Shown piece after piece: positions 44,177 to 54,033 of a DNA stretch of 64,000 nt. Positions within the stretch are counted from its first letter, which is position 1; each line of letters begins with the position of its first letter. The translations under genes were made by a program, and so were the position numbers. The stretch is from Coraliomargarita sp. GTDB taxonomy: Bacteria > Verrucomicrobiota > Verrucomicrobiia > Opitutales > Coraliomargaritaceae. Where the stretch lies: assembly GCA_965216325.1 (NCBI GenBank), contig OZ244160.1, positions 384,001-448,000 of the forward strand, given 5' to 3'. The notes below the pieces were generated by a model. That model was not told the origin of the DNA. It made no database searches and was given only the letters and a program-made list of their open reading frames with translations.

Positions 44177-46951
44177 ATGAATAAAATCTTTAGCCTCATC
44201 CTTCTGCTGGCAATGCCTCTCACTGCCGCAGACTACTATGTCTCACCGCAGGGCAGCGACAGCGGCACCGGCAGTGCCGAAAACCCCTTCAAAAGTATTG
44301 CCAAAGCCAAGGAAGCCGCGCGCGGCGGCGGAGCCGATACGATCATCCTCAAAGGCGGCATACACTATCTGCCAGAAACCCTGGTTCTCGAAAGTGCCGA
44401 TTCCAATCTTCACATCAAGGCCGCCGACGGCGAAGAGCCCGTTATCAGCGGCGGACTCAGCCTGGATCTGACATGGCAGCCGTGGAAAGACGGAATTTTC
44501 ATGGCAAACACTCCGGCAGGCCTCGATATCGATCAGTTTTTCTGCAACGGCAAGCGCCAGCACATGGCCCGCTACCCCGATTACGATGCCAATGCCTTCC
44601 CCTATAACGGGGCCGCGGCCGATGCCTTCAGTCCGCAGCGGGCGGCTCGCTGGAAATCTCCGGCCGGCGGCTTCATCCACGCCATGCACCGGGCCCGCTG
44701 GGGCGGCTACCACTACCGCATCACAGGTAAAGACAGTCAGCACAAAGTCAAATATGAAGGCGGCTGGCAGAACAACCGCCAGATGGGCATGCACGGGGCG
44801 CATCGTTTTGTCGAAAACATCTTTGAAGAGCTCAATGCCCCCGGCGAGTGGTTTCACGACAAGACCGCCGCCAAGATCTATTTCAAGCCGCCGGCCGGGA
44901 CTGATCTCAACAGTGCCACATTTGAAATTGCCCGTCTGGCTCACCTCGTTGAATTGCGCGGCACCCAGCAGCTGCCGGTCAAGAATATCACTTTCAGCGG
45001 CATCACTTTCCGCCACGCCGCCCGTACCTTCATGGACTCCAAAGAGCCTTTACTGCGCAGCGACTGGACAATTTACCGAGGCGGCGCCTTTTTTCTCACG
45101 GGGACGGAGGACTGTCTGATTGACAAGTGCGAATTCGATCAGCTCGGCGGCAATGTCATCTTCGCCAGCAACTACAACCGCCGCCTCACTATCCGCGGCT
45201 GCCACATCCACGGCGCCGGCGCCAGCGCCATCTGCTTTGTCGGCGACCCAGCCGCCGTCCGCAATCCGCTTTTCGAGTATCACCAGAGGCAGGAATACAG
45301 CGATATCGATCGGACTCCCGGCCCCAAAACCGACAACTACCCGGCTGACTCACTGGTGCAAGATTGCCTGATTCACGACATCGGCATTGTTGAAAAGCAG
45401 GCCGCCGGAGTCCAGGTCTCGATGGCGGCACGGATCACCATCCGCCACTGTTCAATCTACGATGTCGGCCGCGCCGGCATCAACTTCAGTGAAGGGACCT
45501 TCGGCGGTCACATCATCGAATTCTGTGATGTTTTCGACACAGTTCGCGAGACCCATGACCACGGCAGCTTCAACAGCTGGGGGCGCGACCGTTTCTGGCA
45601 CCTCAAGGGGGCTCCGGCAGAGGAGCTGCCGCAACTGGCACTGCTCGACTGCGAAAAAAATATCATCCGCAACAGCCGCTGGCGCTGTGATCACGGCTGG
45701 GATGTCGATCTCGACGACGGCTCCTCAAATTATGACATCTACAACAACCTCTTTCTCAAGGGTGGCCTAAAATTGCGCGAAGGATTCAAGCGCCGCGTCT
45801 GGAACAACATCGCCCTCAATAATACCCTGCACCCGCACGTCTGGTACAAAAACTCCGGAGACATCATCGAGAAAAACATCTGGATGCGCCCCTACGCCTC
45901 AATCCAAGCCACCATGACGCCGTTGGTCGATAAGAACTTCTTCACCAGTGAGAGTGACATGAAAAAATTTCAACATCAGGGTGCGGACCGGAATTCCGCC
46001 TTCGGCGATCCGCTGTTCATCGACCCGGCCAATGGCGACTTCCGCGTCAGAGAAAACTCCCCGGCCTTGAAAACCGGCTTCAAAAACTTCCCGATGGATC
46101 AGTTCGGCGTCAGCAGCCCCCGCCTCAAAGCTCTGGCGCGCACTCCGGAAATCCCCCCGCTCAATCTCAGTGCAGACAAAACAGACAAAGCGCCCCTCCG
46201 AAAAATGCCCTTTTACTGGCAGGGTGCCCGACTCGAAGAACTCAAGGGCGAAGCCTACTCGGCCTTCGGCGTTAGTAAAGAGGCGGGCGGTCTACAAATC
46301 ATCGCTCTCAGCGAACACTCTCCCGCCGCTGCAGCCGGCCTTAAAGAAGGCGACCTCATTCTCAAAATCAATGAGCAAAATATCAAAAAGCTGACAGACC
46401 TGCGCCAGGTCATCGGCGCTCAATTTCAAATCGCTTACGTCCGCGATCAGGCGAACCACAAACTTGAGTTCAAAGGGATGAGCATCAGCGTTGCAACCGA
46501 CGATCAGGCTCCTGTACTCAATAGCCGCAGCGAAATTGCCGCTTTCACAGCTGTTCCGGCAACATCGAATCAGCCGCTGAGTTCACTCAAAGACGGAAAA
46601 ATTCAAGAAAATTACGGCCCGATTTTTGCCAATGGCGTCAACAACGGCCTCTACATCGCCTCCTTCAAAGAGGAAAAGAGCATCCGCCGGATAAGCAGCA
46701 GCTCATTCAACATGGGAGGCAGTCGCGGGGCTCAGTTTTACACACTTTACGCAGCTGCCGGTCCGGAAAAACCGCGGTCGCTGAAAAACCTCATCGCGCT
46801 CTGCACTGTCGACAGCCGTGCTCAAAACGGCAAATTCACGCAGACTGTTGTTGAGTTAGCGACGGCAGTCAAAGCCCGTCATCTCGTCTGGGCCGTTCAT
46901 GCTCCCAACGGCCACGAGAATAGTGCTTATCAGGAATTCAGCGCCGAGTGA
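44177..46951 (+). CDS. Right-handed beta-helix glycoside hydrolase (GH141-like) with PDZ domain and C-terminal domain X
   Basis: YYVSPQGSD...NPFKSI, ENIFEELNAPGEW, DHGSFNSWGRDR, HGWDVDLDDGSS; PDZ SPAAAAGLKEGDLILKIN; ATG 44177 gives a signal peptide. Confidence 0.75.
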   Translation: MNKIFSLILLLAMPLTAADYYVSPQGSDSGTGSAENPFKSIAKAKEAARGGGADTIILKGGIHYLPETLVLESADSNLHIKAADGEEPVISGGLSLDLTWQPWKDGIFMANTPAGLDIDQFFCNGKRQHMARYPDYDANAFPYNGAAADAFSPQRAARWKSPAGGFIHAMHRARWGGYHYRITGKDSQHKVKYEGGWQNNRQMGMHGAHRFVENIFEELNAPGEWFHDKTAAKIYFKPPAGTDLNSATFEIARLAHLVELRGTQQLPVKNITFSGITFRHAARTFMDSKEPLLRSDWTIYRGGAFFLTGTEDCLIDKCEFDQLGGNVIFASNYNRRLTIRGCHIHGAGASAICFVGDPAAVRNPLFEYHQRQEYSDIDRTPGPKTDNYPADSLVQDCLIHDIGIVEKQAAGVQVSMAARITIRHCSIYDVGRAGINFSEGTFGGHIIEFCDVFDTVRETHDHGSFNSWGRDRFWHLKGAPAEELPQLALLDCEKNIIRNSRWRCDHGWDVDLDDGSSNYDIYNNLFLKGGLKLREGFKRRVWNNIALNNTLHPHVWYKNSGDIIEKNIWMRPYASIQATMTPLVDKNFFTSESDMKKFQHQGADRNSAFGDPLFIDPANGDFRVRENSPALKTGFKNFPMDQFGVSSPRLKALARTPEIPPLNLSADKTDKAPLRKMPFYWQGARLEELKGEAYSAFGVSKEAGGLQIIALSEHSPAAAAGLKEGDLILKINEQNIKKLTDLRQVIGAQFQIAYVRDQANHKLEFKGMSISVATDDQAPVLNSRSEIAAFTAVPATSNQPLSSLKDGKIQENYGPIFANGVNNGLYIASFKEEKSIRRISSSSFNMGGSRGAQFYTLYAAAGPEKPRSLKNLIALCTVDSRAQNGKFTQTVVELATAVKARHLVWAVHAPNGHENSAYQEFSAE

Positions 46952-47102
46952 CAGCAGTCACCCTGAATCTTTACAATCCCACATCCTTTGATGCTGAGGT
47001 AAAGGTTCTGGTTGAATCGGATCGCATTGCGAAAGATCCCATTGCGATTGCAGTCAGCGCAAATGACCAAATTTTTGTTAAACAAACAACAGGGAACACA
47101 AA

Positions 47103-49142
47103 ATGATAAAAACACTCATATTCACAGTAATTGCCCTGACCATGACAGGTTAGTTGTCAGCCGCCGAAACAGCTACCAAAAAAACAAACGTGATGTTCAT
47201 CTTTGCCGATGATCAGACCTATGAGTCGATCGGTGCGTACGGAGAATTGAATATAAAAACTCCGAATCTTGACCGTTTGGTGAAACGTGGGGTGTCGTTT
47301 ACCCATACCTATAATATGGGGTCTTGGAAAGGAGCAGTATGTGTTGCCAGCCGGGCCATGCTCAACTCGGGCCGCTTTGTTAACCGGGCCGAGAAAGGTG
47401 TCAAACAGTACCCGCACTGGTCTCAAATCATGAATAGCGCCGGCTATACCACGTACATGACAGGTAAATGGCACGTACACGCTAACCCGCGTTTTGACGT
47501 AAAGAAGGATGTACGTGGTGGTATGCCGAACCAGACACCTGCACGCTACAAGCGTACCTTTAAGCCGGAGCTCTATGAGAGCGAGTGGTTGCCCTGGGAC
47601 AAAAGACAGCAAGGGTTTTGGAGAGGGGGGACCCACTGGACTCAGGTGGTGGCCGATAATACCCTTACGTTCTTTGACAAGGTCAAGAATGATGACAAGC
47701 CCTTCTTCATGTACCTGGCCTTCAATGCTCCGCACGACCCGCGTCAGGCGCCAAAAGAGTATGTGGATATGTACCCGCTTGATTCTATCAAAATCCCGGA
47801 GAACTATATGCCTGAGTACCCGTATGCAGCAGAGATTTGCGGAAAAAAACTACGAGACGAAGTTCTGGCCCCCTATCCTCGAACGGAGTATGCGGTAAAG
47901 CGCAACCGTCAGGAGTACTATGCATCAATCACCTATATGGATCACCATATCGGGCGCATGCTGGATGCTTTGGAAGCGAGTGGAAAAGCGGACAACACCT
48001 ACATTATCTTTACTGCGGACCACGGTCTGGCGGTAGGCCATCACGGTTTGATGGGCAAACAGAGTATGTATGAACACTCGATGCGTCCTCCCTTTATTAT
48101 TGTCGGACCGGGAATCAAGCCAAATTCCAAAATTGATACGCCAATCTACCTTCAGGATGCGATGGCTACAGCAATTGAGATTGCTGGTGTCGAAAAACCG
48201 GACCATGTGGAGTTCAAAAGTTTGATGCCCTTGATCAGGGGAGAGAAGACGGTTCAGTACGACCGTATTTACGGCAAGTATATGGATACACAGCGTATGA
48301 TTCTGAAGGATAACTGGAAACTGATCTTCTATCCGAATGCGGCAAAAAAAATGCGCCTGTTCAACATTAAGAACGATCCGGCAGAGATGAATGATTTAAT
48401 CGATAATCCTGAGTACGCCACAAAGATTAATGAGTTAAAGAGAGAATTTGTTGAACTTCAGAAAGAGATGGGAGATCCACTCGATGTTGATAAGCCCGGT
48501 AAACTGGTTACTTGGGAGTCACAAAACAAAGGATCCGCTGACAAATTGACGAGCCATTGGGCTGCAAATAAAGGGCATCATGGTCCGGCTAGTCACCCAA
48601 AGGTAAAGCCTTTCATCATCGAAGGAGCCTCGATAAGCATCGAAGCATCGTCAAAAAGAGACGGATTTAAGAAAATCTCAGCCCCAAGGGCATCTGAATA
48701 TCAGGTGCACTCAAATCAGCCAACGAACAATGACCCCGTTGCGACTTTGACCGATGGTAAGCTTAGTGATGTCTTCGGTCCCATTTTTGGCAATGGCATC
48801 CACAATGGAGCTTACAAAATGGATCTTGGCACGGTTAAAGAAGTGTCTGCTATTACGAGTTGGTCGGCGAATAAAAAGAATGTTCGCGGCGCACAAAAAT
48901 TAGTGATCTATGCGAGTCGCTCGGAGACCGACCCCGGTTGGGATCTAAGCAAGTACAGCATATTGGGAACCATCGATACAGGTAAGGCGAAAGAGAACTT
49001 CGTCGCTGCATCTTTGCGGGCATCCGCTAAGCAATCTCTCGGAAGCTACCGCTGGATTGTGTGGGCCGTATCCCCTGTCACCACAGCGGGTGGCGGTGAA
49101 AATACCGCGTTTCAAGAATTCTCGGTTGAAACCGTAAAATAA
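47103..49142 (+). pseudogene. S1 sulfatase with domain X; amber stop in signal peptide
   Basis: ATG 47103 reads MIKTLIFTVIALTMTG*LSAAETA (TAG at 47151-47153), in frame with track ORF 47154; NVMFIFADD, CVASRAML, GKWH, TADHG, GKQSMYE. Confidence 0.85.
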
Positions 49143-49428
49143 GCGGCAGCCTACTACAGTTCACCGACTCGAGTGATTCACTGCTATTTTTGGCAACTTT
49201 CACGCTCGCACCCCCGCCTGAACACGGCCGATTGGCCGTATTGCCAGTCTGTTTCTGGTCCTTTAAACTGCATGCAGTTTCAGCTAATAGTCTCTGATTT
49301 AACAGGCTCAGCACCACCACTTGTTGCACCTAAATTATCATAATAATGAAAAGAATATCCAAATTATTTCCGGTCGTTGCCCTTTTTACCGGCCTTAGCC
49401 TCTGCACGACGCATGCCGTCGATGTGAT
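48576..49428 (+). repeat. ~850-bp direct repeat copy 1 (domain X + stop + promoter + signal peptide)
   Basis: Near-identical to 50966-51806, with one 12-bp indel in the 5' UTR. Confidence 0.97.
49222..49269 (+). promoter_or_regulatory. Operator palindrome 4 (49222-49241) plus promoter
   Basis: ACACGGCCGATTGGCCGTAT; TTGCCA-17-TAAACT. Confidence 0.85.
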
Positions 49429-51532
49429 CGTTCAATCGAAAGTGGCCGAATCGGTAACGCCGGAGAATGCCTTGCCCGTGTACGACGGCAGTTGGGAAGC
49501 ACTGCAAGAGATGCCGGTTCCCGCGTGGTTTGATGACGGTAAGATCGGGATCTTCATTCACTGGGGGCCTTATAGTGTGATTGGCTACCACAAGAACGGA
49601 CGCGGCTATGCCGAACATATACCCAAGATGATTTACAGGGATAAGCATAATTACTACGGCTATATGAAAAAGCGCTGGGGCAGTAAGCCTCCAGAATTCG
49701 GATACAAGGACATTATTCCCGAGTTCAAGGCCGAAAAATGGGATCCCGACGCGTGGGCTAAACTGTTCAAGGATGTCGGCGCTAAATATGTGGTACTGAC
49801 GGCAGAGCACCATGACGGCTGGGCCAACTGGGATTCCGACCTTACCCCGTGGAATGCCGTCGATAGAGGTCCGAAACGGGACATTGTCGGCGACCTGGGC
49901 GAAGCGGTGAAAAAACTGGGACTCAAATATGCGCCTTCTTATCACCGTGAGCGGCACCAGACTTTCTTTGCGAAGAAATCTTATATGGTGCATGCGGAGC
50001 CTGATCCGGATATTGCGGAGGAAATAAGGCGCGTGCCAGAAGCAGCCTCCCTCTATGGCCCTTTTGGCGTAACGAAAGCGTTTGTCGATGACTACGTGGC
50101 GCGTTGGAAGGAAATTCAGGAGAAATACCATCCCGACTTTCTGTGGATGGATGACTTCCCGATCTATACCCGTGATGGCAACAATGTGCGAGCAGGAGTC
50201 GCTAGACCGGAGGTCAAATATTTCGACGACCAGGTCCGAGGCATGATCACCGACTTTATGAACCACGGCGCTGCGCGCGGACAGGCGGTCTACGTAAATA
50301 ACAAGGGTGCCAACCGCAACTGGCCAGATGGGGTCGGGTGTCTCGAGAAGGACAACCTGAAGCTCAGGGTGATCGGTCCAAAGTGGCAAAGCTGCACCAC
50401 CTTCGGCACCTCTTTTGGCTACCTCGAAAATGATCACTATAAATCTATCGAAAACATTATCCACGAGATGATCGAGGTCATCAGTCGCAACGGAAACTTC
50501 CTGGTCAACATCGGGCCGAAAGCCGATGGGACGATTCCGGAGCCGCAGATGGAGCGTTTGCGCGCCATGGGCGAGTGGTTAAAAATCAATGCAGCTGCTA
50601 TTTATGGTAGTCGTTACTGGAAAGTCAGTGGTCAGAAGCGTGAGCATATCGCCTTCACCACCAACGGAAAGAAGCTCTACGCCATCAAGATGGCCCGGCC
50701 GACGACGCCCTTTGTGATTCAGGCCACCGCCGGTTGGGAAGCTGGCAAGATTGATTCGGTGAAGCTGCTGGGCTCCGACGCGGACATACCTTGGGAGATG
50801 ACCGCGGCCGGGCTGAAGATCACGCCGCCCGCAGACTTGGGCACGAGCATGTACGCATGGTCTTTTGAGATCATGACTGACGAGGAGCAGCACACGCCCA
50901 ACGTGATCGTCAAGAACGCTGCGATAGCCCTGAAGGGAACGAAGCAGGTCGACCTTGACGGGTATCATCATGGCCCGATTCGTCACCCAAAGGTAAAGCC
51001 TTTCATCATCGAAGGAGCCTCGATAAGTATCGAAGCATCGTCAAAAAGAGATGGATTTAAGACAATATCAGCCCCAAAGGCATCTGACTATCAGGTGTAC
51101 TCAAATCAGCCAACGAACAATGACCCCGTTGCGACTTTGACTGATGGTAAGCTTAGTGATGCCTTCGGTCCCATTTTTGGCAATGGCATCCACAATGGAG
51201 CATACAAAATGGATCTTGGCACGGTTAAAGAAGTGTCTGCTATTACGAGTTGGTCGGCGAATAAAAAGAATGTTCGCGGCGCACAAAAATTAGTGATCTA
51301 TGCGAGTCGCTCGGAGACCGACCCCGGTTGGGATCTAAGCAAATACACCGTATTGGGAACCATCGATACAGGTAAGGCGAAAGAGAACTTCGTCGCTGCA
51401 TCCTTGCGGGCATCCGCTAAGCAATCTCTCGGAAGCTACCGCTGGATTGTGTGGGCCGTATCCCCTGTCACCACAGCGGGTGGCGGAGAAAATACCGCGT
51501 TTCAAGAATTCTCGGTTGAAACCGTAAAATAA
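49346..51532 (+). CDS. GH29 alpha-L-fucosidase with C-terminal domain X
   Basis: WFDDGKIGIFIHWG, GAKYVVLTAEHHDG, LWMD, SRNGNFLVNIGPKADGTIP. Confidence 0.93.
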   Translation: MKRISKLFPVVALFTGLSLCTTHAVDVIVQSKVAESVTPENALPVYDGSWEALQEMPVPAWFDDGKIGIFIHWGPYSVIGYHKNGRGYAEHIPKMIYRDKHNYYGYMKKRWGSKPPEFGYKDIIPEFKAEKWDPDAWAKLFKDVGAKYVVLTAEHHDGWANWDSDLTPWNAVDRGPKRDIVGDLGEAVKKLGLKYAPSYHRERHQTFFAKKSYMVHAEPDPDIAEEIRRVPEAASLYGPFGVTKAFVDDYVARWKEIQEKYHPDFLWMDDFPIYTRDGNNVRAGVARPEVKYFDDQVRGMITDFMNHGAARGQAVYVNNKGANRNWPDGVGCLEKDNLKLRVIGPKWQSCTTFGTSFGYLENDHYKSIENIIHEMIEVISRNGNFLVNIGPKADGTIPEPQMERLRAMGEWLKINAAAIYGSRYWKVSGQKREHIAFTTNGKKLYAIKMARPTTPFVIQATAGWEAGKIDSVKLLGSDADIPWEMTAAGLKITPPADLGTSMYAWSFEIMTDEEQHTPNVIVKNAAIALKGTKQVDLDGYHHGPIRHPKVKPFIIEGASISIEASSKRDGFKTISAPKASDYQVYSNQPTNNDPVATLTDGKLSDAFGPIFGNGIHNGAYKMDLGTVKEVSAITSWSANKKNVRGAQKLVIYASRSETDPGWDLSKYTVLGTIDTGKAKENFVAASLRASAKQSLGSYRWIVWAVSPVTTAGGGENTAFQEFSVETVK

Positions 51533-51806
51533 GCGGCAGCCTACTACAGTTCACCGACTCGAGTGATTCACTGCTATTTTTGGCAACTTTAGCGCTCGCA
51601 CCCCCGCCTGAACACGGCCGATTGGCCGTGTTGCCAGACTGTTTCTGGTCCTTTATACTGCAGGCAGTTTCAGCTAATTGCCTCTGATTTAACAGGCTCA
51701 GTTGCACCTAAATTATCATAATAATGAAAAGAATATCCAAATTATTTCCGGTCGTTGCCCTTTTTACCGGCCTTAGCCTCTGCACGACGCATGCCGTCGA
51801 TGTGAT
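50966..51806 (+). repeat. ~850-bp direct repeat copy 2
   Basis: Near-identical to 48576-49428. Confidence 0.97.
51612..51659 (+). promoter_or_regulatory. Operator palindrome 5 (51612-51631) plus promoter
   Basis: ACACGGCCGATTGGCCGTGT; TTGCCA-17-TATACT. Confidence 0.85.
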
Positions 51807-53484
51807 TCCCGAAACCGATGCGGCCTATCAAGAGCGGATGCAATGGTTCGACGATGCGAAGTTCGGTCTGTTTATCCATTTTGGCGTCTATTCGACACTG
51901 GGAGGGAAGTGGAACGGCAAATCCGTTCAAGGGTATGCCGAATGGATTCAGGCCTCAGGTCAGATCACACCGGAAGAATATATTCCACTGGCGGCGAACT
52001 TTATCCCCGATGCTTTCGATGCCGATCAGTGGGTTTCCGATGCAAAAAAAGCGGGTATGAAGTATGTGGTCATCACCACCAAGCACCATGACGGCTTCTG
52101 TCTGTGGGACAGCGAGTTCACTGAATACGATACCGGTGAGGCCACGACCTTTGATCGTGATATCCTGGCCGAACTGAGTGCGGCCTGTAAAAAGCACGGC
52201 CTGAAGTTTGGTACCTACTATTCACACATCGATTGGCACCATCCCTCCCAGCGTGCACAACGCTCGATACAGTTCACGAAAATCAAAAGCGAGGAACACA
52301 AAGCTGAGTATGTAGCCTATATGAAAGCCCAGCTGAAAGAACTGATCACCAAGTATGATACAGATATGATGTGGTTCGATGCAGAATGGGTACACTGGTG
52401 GAGCATGGAGGACGGAATCGATCTGTATAACTATCTGCGTGAGCTTAAGCCAGATATGATTATCAATAACCGCGTCGCCAAGCGGAAGCGTTTCAAAAAG
52501 GATTTCGGCACACCGGAAAACAGCACGCCGGGTGCCGCGCTCGATCATCGCTGGGAAGCCTGCTGGACCATCAATCACTCGTGGGGCTATAAAATCAGCG
52601 ACAAACGATGGAAATCCACCAAGCAATTGATCCAGAAGCAGATCGATATCAACGCCAAGGGTGGCAATCTTCTGCTCAATGTCGGACCAAAACCTGACGG
52701 AACCTGGCCCGAGGCATGTATTCAGCGACTTCACGATATGGGCAAGTGGAACGATGCGCATCAAGAAGCGGTGTACGGATCCCGATTCTTTGATGCCTAC
52801 ATGCAGGACTGGGGCCGCATTGTTCAGGCCAACGATAGCACAGAAACAGAGGGGACCCTGTTTGCCTCAGTATTTGACTGGCCTGATAACAATCAGATCG
52901 AGATCCAGGGCGTGCGGTTTCACTCAGCCAACTGCGAGACCTTTGCAGGTCAGCCGCTCGAAAGTTCGATTGTGAAAGGTAAGCTTGTCATCAAACTGCC
53001 CTCAACTCCATTGGATGAGAACGCCAGTGTCATCCGCGTTCACTATAAAGACGGAAACAAAATCTTACCACATGTGGATGGTCTTGAATTAAACGGTGAT
53101 GAAATCATCCTGCAGGCAAAGCAAGCCAAGCTGCCATCAGGCACGTTCAAGCTGATGAAAAATTCGTATATCGGATACTGGACCAACCCGAAGGATAAAG
53201 CCGGGTGGGAGATCAATGTTCCCGCGCCAGGTAATTACAAGGTGTCGCTGCTGTATTCCTGTGATAAAGCTTATAGCGGCAGTGATGTGGTATTCGCGAT
53301 TAACGGCCAGACTCTGACGCAACAGGTGCAACCAACGAGCGGTTGGGAGAAATTCTCGATCATGGAACTTGGTACCCTTACGATCAACAAAGTTGGCAAT
53401 ACTACCTGCAGCATCGGATTTGGCGAAAAGAAGGGCAAGGCACTCATGAACCTGAAAACCATTGTCCTGGCCCCTTCCGAATGA
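51724..53484 (+). CDS. GH29 alpha-L-fucosidase with C-terminal CBM6/35-like beta-sandwich
   Basis: WFDDAKFGLFIHFG, AGMKYVVITTKHHDGF, MWFD, GGNLLLNVGP; tail IGYWTNPKDKAGW...TSGWEKF. Confidence 0.93.
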   Translation: MKRISKLFPVVALFTGLSLCTTHAVDVIPETDAAYQERMQWFDDAKFGLFIHFGVYSTLGGKWNGKSVQGYAEWIQASGQITPEEYIPLAANFIPDAFDADQWVSDAKKAGMKYVVITTKHHDGFCLWDSEFTEYDTGEATTFDRDILAELSAACKKHGLKFGTYYSHIDWHHPSQRAQRSIQFTKIKSEEHKAEYVAYMKAQLKELITKYDTDMMWFDAEWVHWWSMEDGIDLYNYLRELKPDMIINNRVAKRKRFKKDFGTPENSTPGAALDHRWEACWTINHSWGYKISDKRWKSTKQLIQKQIDINAKGGNLLLNVGPKPDGTWPEACIQRLHDMGKWNDAHQEAVYGSRFFDAYMQDWGRIVQANDSTETEGTLFASVFDWPDNNQIEIQGVRFHSANCETFAGQPLESSIVKGKLVIKLPSTPLDENASVIRVHYKDGNKILPHVDGLELNGDEIILQAKQAKLPSGTFKLMKNSYIGYWTNPKDKAGWEINVPAPGNYKVSLLYSCDKAYSGSDVVFAINGQTLTQQVQPTSGWEKFSIMELGTLTINKVGNTTCSIGFGEKKGKALMNLKTIVLAPSE

Positions 53485-53885
53485 TCCGAAACGATGCCCC
53501 CAGAGAAACGATGACTGATTTGACTGGGTACTAAATACATTAATAAGGGAACACTATGCGTAGACGACTAAAAATTTCAGGGTCTTCGTCGTTTACTGGG
53601 AAGTGGGTGCATAGAACCACTGATGCAGTTCCATGGCACAAGCGATCCCATGACGTGCGTGCTTGTTATTCTGCCCTTGGGTGCGGATGAACCTAAAGCT
53701 TCCAGCAATCTCAGGTTGTGTTCTGTGCGGTGGATGAGCCTCGGGTTTCCGCGTCGTAGCAAAGCCGCATGAGACGAAATCTTTTACGCGGTGTGAGAAT
53801 GGCGTCGTGCCGGTCTTTGTGTCTGGTTATTGAGCAAACATCCGTAGAGGAAGGGCGATAGATGTCATCCATGGCATGCAAGCAG

Positions 53886-53933
53886 GCACGGTTGATTGAC
53901 CGTGTATGCAGGAATGTTTTCTTTTGTTAGCAT
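53886..53933 (+). promoter_or_regulatory. Operator palindrome 6 (53886-53905) plus weak promoter
   Basis: GCACGGTTGATTGACCGTGT; TATGCA-17-TAGCAT. Confidence 0.7.
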
Positions 53934-54033
53934 GGGTAAGCTGAGTGGGGATAAATCATGGTGCTTTGGGTGGTTGCTAAGGTGCGCCTCATCCGTTGAG
54001 CTTACCGAGGTATTCCACTTTCAACTGACTGAT

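Noticed and set aside
48576..51806. Integron-type cassette array
   Set aside because: No attC-like structure or tyrosine recombinase; the repeats are coding plus promoter DNA.
53557..53700. Short ORF MRRRLKISGSS... after a good RBS, resembling a REP-associated transposase start
   Set aside because: Similarity is limited to about 10 residues and no HUH motif follows.
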